Positions 48,698 to 58,400 of a stretch of 64,000 nt of DNA are shown one piece after another; position 1 is the stretch's first letter, and each line of letters begins with the position of its first letter. The notes beneath the pieces are model-generated. The model worked only from the letters and a program-made list of their open reading frames with translations. It made no database searches and was not told where the DNA came from. Position numbers and translations under genes: made by a program. The stretch comes from a virus, in the IMG/VR virus record IMGVR_UViG_3300047157_000098, positions 5,640 through 69,639 of that record; one strand, 5' to 3'.

Positions 48698-48945
48698 GCT
48701 ACAAGATAAAAAAATTCTTAATAGAAAGAAGACGAAGATTAAGACCGAGTGAGCGTATGGCTACAAGGGTTGGTTACATGGGTGCAGGGTTTTTAATTGC
48801 TGCACAATGGACACTAGAACCAGTGCTATACATACTCGGTTTTGTCTGCGTTATGATTCAAACAGGAACAAGAAAACAATGGAACTTAGTTGCTTTAAAC
48901 CTTAATGGTTTAGTAGCTTGGATTAAACACTTAATAACTTTATAA
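48691..48945 (+). CDS. small membrane protein between RNR subunits
   Basis: Three short hydrophobic segments; KQWNLVALN. Confidence 0.55.
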   Translation: MVSYKIKKFLIERRRRLRPSERMATRVGYMGAGFLIAAQWTLEPVLYILGFVCVMIQTGTRKQWNLVALNLNGLVAWIKHLITL

Positions 48946-48946
48946 T

Positions 48947-50668
48947 ATGTGGAGTAATAGATGGAAAAAAGGCATTGACTATCCCGACTGGGCTGAGTCA
49001 GATGTTTATAAAAAAACAATACAAGGTGGTTATTTATTACCTGGCGAAACACCTAAGGAAGCTTACCAAAGAGTTTCTAAGGCTGTAGCGCGAAGATTAG
49101 ATAAGCCAGAAATGGCAGATAGATTTTTTGAGTACATATGGAATGGTTGGTTGTGTTTAGCTTCTCCAGTGTTATCTAATACAGGAACAGACAGAGGTTT
49201 ACCAATTAGTTGTTTTGGTATAGATGTTGCTGATAGTATATTTGATATCGGTACTAAAAATTTAGAGATGATGTTATTAGCTAAACACGGAGGCGGTGTT
49301 GGTATTGGTATTAACCAGATCAGACCTGCTGGGGCTAAAATAACAGGTAACGGTACATCAGACGGTGTTGTACCTTTCTGTAAGATATATGACTCTACAA
49401 TACTTGCAACAAACCAAGGATCAGTTAGAAGAGGTGCTGCATCAGTAAATTTAAATATTGAACATGCTGATTTTGAAGACTGGTTAGAGATTAGAGAACC
49501 TAAAGGAGACGTCAATAGACAATCACTTAATCTACATCAATGTGCAATTATTGGTGATAAGTTTATGAGAAAATTGACAGCTGGAGATAAAGTAGCTAGA
49601 AGAAAGTGGGGAAAATTACTACAGAAAAGAAAAGCAACAGGAGAACCTTATATAATGTTTAAAGGTAATGTTAATAAAAACAATCCTCCAGCTTACAAGG
49701 ATAATGCGCTAAAAGTATTCATGACTAATATATGTAGCGAGATAGCATTACACACCGATGAGAATCATAGTTTTGTGTGTTGTCTTTCTAGTTTAAACCT
49801 AGCTAAGTATAACGAATGGAAAAACACTAATCTTATATATGATAGTATATGGTTTTTAGACGGTGTTATGGAAGAGTTTATACAAAGAGCTAAAGGTTTA
49901 AAAGGTTTTGAAAACTCCGTTAGATCAGCTGAAAAAGGTAGAGCTGTAGGTCTAGGCGTTTTAGGTTGGCACACTTACCTTCAACAAAAATCAATCCCAT
50001 TTGAGGGACTATTATCACAATATGAAACAAGAAGAATATTCTCACAAATTAAAATTGAATCAGAAAGAGCTAGTATGGCTTTGGCTGAAGAGTTCGGTGA
50101 ACCGCTTTGGTGTGTGGGTACAGGTTTTAGGAACACACATCTCAGAGCTATTGCTCCTACTGTTAGTAATAGTAAGTTATCTGGGAATATTAGTCCTGGA
50201 ATTGAGCCTTGGGCTGCTAATGTTTTTACAGACCAGTCTGCTAAAGGTACGTTCATACGTAAGAACCCTACGTTAGAAAAAGTATTAGAAAATAACAATT
50301 TAAACAATAAGAAAATATGGGACCAAATACTCAAAGACGAGGGATCAATCCAAGGTATCAAAGCATTAGACAAAATTACATTGGGAGATCACGACATACC
50401 AATCAAAGAGGTTTTCAAAACCTTCAAGGAAATAAACCAACTAGATTTAGTTAATCAAGCTGGTATACGACAGCAGTATATAGATCAGGCTGTAAGTTTG
50501 AACTTAGCATTTCCTTCTGAAGCAGAACCTAAGTTTATAAATAAGGTTCATTTAGATGCTTGGAAAAAAGGCGTGAAGACTTTGTATTATATGCGTACCG
50601 AATCGGTACTAAGAGGAGATATCGCTGCGAGTGCAACTGATGAGGGTTGTATGAGTTGTGATGGATAA
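48947..50668 (+). CDS. nrdA: class I ribonucleotide reductase alpha subunit (no ATP cone)
   Basis: PISCF, TNICSEI, AIAPTVS, KTLYY, C-terminal CMSCDG. Confidence 0.93.
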   Translation: MWSNRWKKGIDYPDWAESDVYKKTIQGGYLLPGETPKEAYQRVSKAVARRLDKPEMADRFFEYIWNGWLCLASPVLSNTGTDRGLPISCFGIDVADSIFDIGTKNLEMMLLAKHGGGVGIGINQIRPAGAKITGNGTSDGVVPFCKIYDSTILATNQGSVRRGAASVNLNIEHADFEDWLEIREPKGDVNRQSLNLHQCAIIGDKFMRKLTAGDKVARRKWGKLLQKRKATGEPYIMFKGNVNKNNPPAYKDNALKVFMTNICSEIALHTDENHSFVCCLSSLNLAKYNEWKNTNLIYDSIWFLDGVMEEFIQRAKGLKGFENSVRSAEKGRAVGLGVLGWHTYLQQKSIPFEGLLSQYETRRIFSQIKIESERASMALAEEFGEPLWCVGTGFRNTHLRAIAPTVSNSKLSGNISPGIEPWAANVFTDQSAKGTFIRKNPTLEKVLENNNLNNKKIWDQILKDEGSIQGIKALDKITLGDHDIPIKEVFKTFKEINQLDLVNQAGIRQQYIDQAVSLNLAFPSEAEPKFINKVHLDAWKKGVKTLYYMRTESVLRGDIAASATDEGCMSCDG

Positions 50669-50673
50669 TAATT

Positions 50674-50701
50674 AAAGGGAGCTTAACGGCTCCCTTTTTT
50701 T
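50674..50701. terminator. intrinsic terminator between convergent blocks
   Basis: AAAGGGAGC-TTAACG-GCTCCC-TTTTTTT. Confidence 0.85.
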
Positions 50702-50984
50702 AACAATTCCAGTTTCTTCTAGCTATGTCGTTAGGACAATCACCGTTTTTGTCTGGGTCTTTACATTTCTTAATACCAGCAGATCTATCACAATAACTAT
50801 CTCTACGTGATCCACCTTCTGGTTGTGGTGCTTTGAGATTACCACCTGTTTTATTGTTGTAAGCTTTTCTTTCAGCTGCTGTCATACCACCGGTATGAGG
50901 CTTGGTTCTTTTAACCGGAGAAGAACATCCTCTCTTTTTTATAGGAGAATTATAGAAAGCTTTTTGTCTTATTAGCCAATTCAT
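50700..50984 (-). CDS. small basic Cys-containing putative internal virion protein
   Basis: SPIK, SPVK, then GGNLKAP..RRDSYC.RS..RRNWNC module. Confidence 0.65.
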   Translation of the reverse strand: MNWLIRQKAFYNSPIKKRGCSSPVKRTKPHTGGMTAAERKAYNNKTGGNLKAPQPEGGSRRDSYCDRSAGIKKCKDPDKNGDCPNDIARRNWNC

Positions 50985-51133
50985 TTTTTAACACAGTTGT
51001 TTACCATTTTAATATTACCACCTGCTGTTTTCTTGCCTGATGGTGATTTTTTCTTTCCTTCTGCTTTATAACCTGGCCAACAGCTAACTTTTAGCGGACC
51101 TGGCATAGCAACGTTTCTTAATTTATAACTCAT
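50981..51133 (-). CDS. 50-aa basic peptide (missing from ORF track)
   Basis: Manual translation MSYKLRNVAMPGPLKVSCWPGYKAEGKKKSPSGKKTAGGNIKMVNNCVKK. Confidence 0.7.
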   Translation of the reverse strand: MSYKLRNVAMPGPLKVSCWPGYKAEGKKKSPSGKKTAGGNIKMVNNCVKK

Positions 51134-51585
51134 ATCATCATGTATTTAGTTTTACCGTCTTCACGATAAGCTTTTAAACATCTGTTTCTATTCACAGACT
51201 CACTTACATAACTTACGTGAACCCAGTCAGGATTATTATCTGTACCAAACTCCCATATCATTTGGTCAAAGTTTAAATTATTTTTAATGTACTTATACAT
51301 ATCAGCATTAGAAGCATAACCGTAAGAGTCATCGATATCCATAGCTTGTCCATTACAATGTTGTGATTTTGAACTTCCGCCAATAGCTTTGTTAAGTTTT
51401 GGTCCACGATAAAACGAATTGATCTTTATAGGACCATTTACGTGACTTCTAAGGGGTTCAAATATTTTTTCGCATATAAGCTCCATGTTAGCTATATGTT
51501 CATCACTAGGGGTGTTATCTAATCCAAGACGTTTCGCTGTTGTGCTATACACGCCTTCCTTCATGCTCACGTGTTTACTTAGCAT
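51130..51585 (-). CDS. peptidase M15 endolysin
   Basis: SFYR..LNKAIGGS..SQH..GQAMDI..WVHVSY. Confidence 0.85.
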   Translation of the reverse strand: MLSKHVSMKEGVYSTTAKRLGLDNTPSDEHIANMELICEKIFEPLRSHVNGPIKINSFYRGPKLNKAIGGSSKSQHCNGQAMDIDDSYGYASNADMYKYIKNNLNFDQMIWEFGTDNNPDWVHVSYVSESVNRNRCLKAYREDGKTKYMMI

Positions 51586-52410
51586 TCTTCTTCTTTTTTC
51601 TACCTTTTCTAGCTTTACCTTTTACAGCACCACCAATATCACCAATCTGATTACCCACTTCTTTTACAGCTACTGCAACATCTTTAATCTCTTCTTTTAC
51701 AGCTTTAGCTCGTTTTTTAGTTTCTTTAACTGTTGCTACAACTTTTTCGTCTATAGTTGTTTTGCTAAATACCCAGTTCCAAAATCTATTAATTATATTT
51801 CTCATATTTAATTTTTTTCTAACTCTATAGCCCTCATTACTTGTTCTTTAGTAACGACTAATTTAAAACTTATATCTGCTGACCACTGCATTATGGGTCT
51901 ACCGTCTTTATATAATATGACTAACGGTACTGATTTTACTTTTTTCTTAAAACTAGGCGTCTGCTCTTCTAAATAAGCTATTTGATGTGGTATTCCACGT
52001 ATTTTTTCAACTTTAGCTTTGTTTGCCCAGTTCCACTCAGAATTTACCTCTAACAGAACATAGTCTTGAGATTGTACATTGTTATAAACTAATAATAATA
52101 ATAATAAAATTAGTGTTTTTTTCATGATTTATTTTTTTATAATTTGATAAAGTTTCTCATCTATCTTATCAAGTTTCTCGCTGTTCTCTTCTACTTTTTC
52201 CTGAGTATTCATTATAGTTTTTCTAATTAACTGATCTTTTAAATCGTATTCAGTTCTAGTAACAGGTGGTTCAGGTAGCTCTTTAGCTAACTGTATATCT
52301 GCCTGTATAGCGAACCACATTCCCACCACGGTGACAACGAAAGTTATTACTATTATTAGTGTTTTTAAATCTAATGTTAATTCAGTGTTTTCTGATATTT
52401 TGTTAGCCAT
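51575..52410 (-). CDS. three small lysis-region proteins (51575-51805; 51808-52125 signal peptide plus thioredoxin-like fold lacking CxxC; 52129-52410 TM plus coiled coil)
   Basis: ORF track; hydrophobic segments; VKSVPLVILYKDG thioredoxin-like C-half. Confidence 0.55.
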
Positions 52411-52454
52411 TACCTGTTTTTTAATTTGTTTGATTGTGATTGTTATGTTTAGTA

Positions 52455-55400
52455 TTACTTGATTATTTTCTTTTTTATTGTTTTCTTCTTTAAAGTTTTC
52501 TTTCTAATTACACCATCAGCTTTATCTTTAGCTTTTTCCACATCGTAATTCTCTATACCAACATCCCAAGTTGTCCAGCCTAATAACGTTGCTATTCTTT
52601 GCCAAGAAGAGTTTCTTTCATCTAAAGATGCTCTCACATTTCTAACCTTCTTTATAGCTCTATCTAAGGGTAGGTTTGTAACAGCAGATACTATGTTTCC
52701 AAAAGCATCATAAGTTGGATTATCAATATCAAATCCCATACCTTTAGGCCCAAACATTATTTTTTTATTAAACTTATATGTTTGTATTGCTGAGTATAGT
52801 TTTCTTAGTTTGGAGCCGATTGGTGGAGACAGGTTCACTGCTTCTATTACAGTATAAGTATGGTCTGCATTCCAACCTTTTTTCTCTTGCTCTATAAACT
52901 TCATTATCACATTTTTAATAGTAGAAACCGCAGCGCCGTATAAACCAGAACCTCTTAATATAGTGTCAGACATGCTATTAACTATTCTACTTTTCTTCTT
53001 GTCTAGCTTCAAATCCTCCTCTTCTTCTTCATCAGCAAACATCATGCCGAACAATGCGTTTTGTAAAGCAGCAAACACAAAGTTTTGTACAGCTCCATAG
53101 TATATAATTTTAGAAACGTTTGTTTTAAAATCACCCCTACCATTAACTAAGTCTCTCATAGCTTTTTTGGTTAACCTCATGTACTGCATTGGTGTGTTTT
53201 GGAAAGCTAATATAACTCTACCAAGTGGTCCAGCTTGTTGTTGTGATATTAAATCTGGTCTACTAGACTGCTGAGATTCTTCCGACACTTGAGCAAAGTC
53301 TTCAAAAGCTTTAGCCTCAGCTTCTTTCTTGCTTAAACCATTTTTTAAGTATGTGTTAACTCTATTCCTATACATAGATGCTCCACCAATAGCTATAGCA
53401 AAACTATCCGCTATTTGAGTAGGTGTAAAACCAAGTTTTAGTATATAAGCTAATACAGCACTTGCTTTGTTTTTAGCTCCCGAAGCAGCGTTAGCTATTT
53501 CTGCTTCATTAACATCTGTTTGTAAACCACTACGTCTTTGTTTTAACATGTCTGAATTAAATATCATAGCGAAGTCAGACCAAAACTGTTTTTGATTAGC
53601 AAAGGCTATAGCAGCTTTGATAGGGTTATTGTCTGACCAGTTAACAAAGTTTACAGCTGATAGTGTTTGTAATATAGCTGATCTCATATTCAAGAACATA
53701 ATAGCTCCAACAGAGTTGTTTACCCAATTCATCCAACGGTTAACAATTCTATTTTTACCAAACGATCTATTAGTACCGTTTTTCATACGGTATATCATAT
53801 CCTCTAAGGCTTCTCTAAAGTTACTACCATATATAGCCTCTATTTTATTTAAATTCTTTTTAGAAAATACAACATCTACATTTTCTGAAAACTCTTTTAG
53901 AAACTTTTTTCTACCTATTTTTTCAGAAATATCGTTTAAATCGGAAGCTATAGTTCCAGCTAACCAACTATCTGAGGGTGATATATAACCATCTTCTAGT
54001 TTAGTTATTCTACTTAAAGTATCTGCAAAAGCAACCATTTCTTTATTGCTGGAGACTATTTTAACTAACTCAACTTGGTCTTGTTTTGATAAACCAGGTA
54101 TTGGCATACCAAATTTACTCCACAAATAAACTCTTATAGCTTGCCCGTAAGTAAAATCCTTGTACTCTGTTTTCTTTCCAAGTAATTTTCTAACTTGTGG
54201 AAACGCTTTTCTCAAACCTAACCAGTCATTTGATATGCTTTGTTTAGCTACGTTTAAAGCAGCCATACCTCTAGCAAAAGGCTTTATTAAGTGCTTTTGG
54301 AAAAACTCCATTTGAGCTTCTCCTTTCTTACCTTTTGATAAAAAGTCGTACAATAAACCTATAAAATCCTCAGCTGACGGTGGTAAAAAATACTTCCATT
54401 TCGATCTTTTGCTTTGTCCTATTCTTTGTGCCGCTGCCTGAGAATACTCTTTAAAAGCCTCAACACCTTCAGATTCTTCTATTATATTGTTAAACTCAGA
54501 ATCTAGATCTTCTATAGAGAATTTAGCTTGCTGAACATCAGACTTAACATCAACAGTATCTAACACCTCTTGAACAGCTTTAACATTCTTATAAGCGTCG
54601 TCAGCAAAGTAAAAGTTATTATAACCCTCTGCTGCTTTGTTTAAAATCCAATCAGCTTTAGCTTTAGCCGTACCATCCGCTAAACCAGTTATATTGTTAA
54701 GAGGAATATTTAAACCTATACCTTTTAAAAACTTATGTATAGCATTTGCAGCCTCTGCTGGTCTAGCTGTTAAAACAAATATGTTTTTGTTACCGAACTT
54801 ACCTTGTCTTTTAGTGGCTAGATCAAACAGTGGACCTTTTCTACCATCTATAACCTTATTAAACTCACTAAAGTCATAAGAAGCTCCTTTCTCTGTTAAT
54901 TCAGCATCTCTTTTAGCAAACTCTGTAGCGTTTATCTTCATGACCTTACCGTTAGGCATGGTGACTATTATCTGGCTGTTAGTAACAGCTAGTGTGTCGT
55001 CAAAATCAAAAACACTTATACCTTTGTCAGGTTGGTTCATAGACCTTGCGTTGTCCATAGCTTTATCAGCTATACTAAGTTTTGTTACTTCTAGTGTTTT
55101 TTCTGCTACCTTGTCTCTAAATTCATTTGTTTTTTGAGATTCATTAGAGTATGCGTCAATATTGGTTCCACCAACAACATATATATCAGTTTTCTTGTTT
55201 TTAGGTAAAGCTTTTAGTCTACCTTTTTTAGACTGGTTTGTTTTACCTGCTAAATCTACTATATCCAAGTTATAATTTATGTCTAACCACTGTATGTGTT
55301 CAGCTAAGATGTCAGATACTTGGTTTATAGTTTCTGCTTTAGTTAGATTTTTAACATCCACCGAGGCAAGCTTTAACATTGTGTTTGAATTAGGAGATAA

Positions 55401-58400
55401 GTGTTCTCCTTTTTCCGATAACTTCTTTATAGCAGCATCTTCTATTTGTTGTAACGTAGCGTCTGGATTGCTATTTTTTGTTATTTTAAAAACTAAACTC
55501 CAACCAGGAGTTTGTTTCCAAGAATTAACATAAGCATCTCTAGCTTCTTTTTCGGTTTTATACTTACCATTTTTAGTAACGTTGGGTTTACTGTCCATAC
55601 CAAACTGAACTCCATCTTCAAACCTAATCAAATCAAGTCTTGTTAAAGCTCTAAGTCCATTAACAGCATTAGTTTGAAGCTGAAAGAAATGAAGCATAGA
55701 TGATTCAGATATTTTACCAGAACTGTACATATCTAAAACAGTACTTACAATGTGCTCAGCTAAAAGTAGGTTAGCTATGTTTGCTTTTTCTAACCTAGGT
55801 AGTATTGTCTCTTCAAAAAGTTTTATTTTCTCGTCTCTTTTGATATCCATTTTTTGAATATCTTTTATTTCTTGCATTATACCAGAGCCTGAATTCATAG
55901 GGGCAACATCTTCCATTACCAAAGCCTCTGGCAAAGTTGATTCTGTTTTAATACTTGTAGCTTTTAAAAAATCTTTATAAAAAGCACCCTCACTTCCATC
56001 ATTCTTTTTCTTTGCTGGATCTAAAACTCTATTTATATAACCCAAACCTTCAATGAATCTAGGAATATTAATAACAGCAGCACCTAGTACAGAAGCTAGT
56101 TTAAGCATGTCTTTTGAAAAAGCTTTTAAATCTTTTATAGAGCTAGTTTTTGCTTTTAAAGCGGACGTGTATTCAAACCTGCCTTGCTTTTTTATACCAG
56201 CTACAAAACCGTGGGCTTTAGCGTCGTTTATTAAACCAATGTCATATAGATATCTAACTACTTTAGGAACTTTAACTCCGTACTTAGAGATATCTTGCAT
56301 GTTACCATCTTCGTCTATTAAACTATCAAGATCCTTTTTTTGCACTTCTCTAACAAGCTTTGAGACCTCACTCATCTCTTGTTTAGTCAGGTCGAAGTCA
56401 ACGTCATTCTCACTTAAAGCAAACTTAGTGTTGGGGTCTCTGTTTATTTGTTTAGCTGTTTCCTCTACGTAATTATCAGCTTGCTCTCTTTCTAGTATCT
56501 CGTCAATAGCCTTTCTTCTTTCTTGAACATCTGGGTCTTTAACTACATCCATAGTAGCATCAAAAGCTAATTCTTCAGCTAAAGCCTCTGCTAAAGCATC
56601 TTTTCTAGTACCTTTAGTTGACGCTCCAACTTTGCTACCTATAAAATAAGATAACCACTCTGCTTTTGCTATCTTTCTTTTAGCAAAAATAGCGTTACCT
56701 TGTGGAGTTTTTTCTCTTAGCTGTTTACCATCTTTATCAAGCACTGGCTCTGCAAACTGTCTAAATCTTTTGTTTATAATCTCTTGTGATAATTTAGCGT
56801 ATATAGCTTCAAAATTATCTCTTAAAAACTGTTCTTTAATAGCTCTAGTACCTATAAGGTTTGCCATAGCTGTTTTCAACTCTACTCTAAAAGCTTTTTG
56901 CAGAGCTTTTTTAAACTCTTTGCTAGTTACAGCAGGTAGTCTAGTTCCAAACGTTTTTACAACAGCTCTTTTTATCTTGTTATAAAGATCGCTACCTTCT
57001 TCTATGTTTAGCTGTTTTCGTAATGATGGTTGTTCTACAGTCTCTTCAACAACCGTCTCCTCAGCCACAACACCTTTTGCTTCAGACACATCAGACGTAA
57101 ACTCTTTTTCGAACATGCTATCAGCTATCTCTATAGCTCTAGATGCTAGGTATTTATTTATGTAAGCAGCTAACGGCACGCCACTATCAGGATTGTACTT
57201 CATAACAAGGCCGTAAACACCTCTATTATCTATAAGCAACTGCTCTATAAAATCGTCTTTATAAGTTGTATAACCAGGCACGTCTCTATATTTACCAGCT
57301 ATTTTGTTGACCATACCTCTATATGCTTCTGTTATCTCAAAAGCCGCGTCTTTACCGCTCTTATTATATAGGTCTTGAACTTCGTTACTTTTTTCAAAAG
57401 CTCTAGATTCTTTTTTAACAGTTTCACTAACCTCTGTTTTAGCTTTTATAAGCTTGCCTTTAACTTTACCAGCAGCTACAGTGCTTATTCCTTTTCCAAG
57501 TTTACCTTTGGCTATACCAGTATTGTAGTCTTTTATAAAATTATAAACATCTCTACCATTGTTGAACTTAACAGCCACGCCTGTTGACTGCAATATTTTT
57601 CTTATTACATCACCAATCTTTGTGAATATATTTTCATTAAACTTTATATCTCCAGTTGCTAAAGCATCAGAAAACAAAGTAAGGATCTCTTCTGCAGCAT
57701 CTCCTTCTTTGTACTTACCCTCTTTATATAGTTTTTGATACTGCTCAATTCTTTTCTTGAATCTACTATTTTGAATTTGCTTAGCGTCTATATTGTTTAA
57801 GTAACCCATTAGTGACTTACCTAAAGCTTTTTGTGTGTCAGGGCTAAATTTAACAGCTTCAAATAAAACAGCATGAAGAAACTCATGTGCAGCTATATTT
57901 ACGTTGCCTTGTTTAGCAGCGACATCTTTGTTTATAAATATTATTTGTTTACCAGTGGCTGGGTCTTGAATAGCAAAACCTTGTTGCTTAGCTTCAGTTC
58001 TTAATTCTTTTAAGCTTTTTTTATTAGGATTATCATCATCAAGCTTATCATTCATCTCCTTGAGTCTCTTTAATATTGACTCAGTGTCGTTCTCAACTTG
58101 AAAACTAACATCATCTCCAAACATGTTTGTTGCTTCTTTAGCCAGCATTTCCATTTGCTCGTCAATCTTTTCAGCATTTTCTTTTTCAATGTAAGGATTT
58201 ACAATTTCGTTTTTCTTTGATAAAGAGTCTTGGTACTTAGCTTTTAATTTATCTAATTCAACTTTCTTTTCTTCTTTCGATAATGAATCATCGTTTTTAA
58301 TATCTTCAGCTTGGTTGACTAAGTTGTGTCTTACTCTAGCTTCTTCTACAAGAGCTTCTTTTTCTTCAGGAAGCATCTCGTCTATTCTTTTTATATCTCT

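Noticed and set aside
54993-55007. DFDDT in the giant protein as a virion RNA polymerase catalytic DxDxD motif
   Set aside because: Context VFDFDDTL with downstream TAR, K and DD is a HAD-superfamily signature
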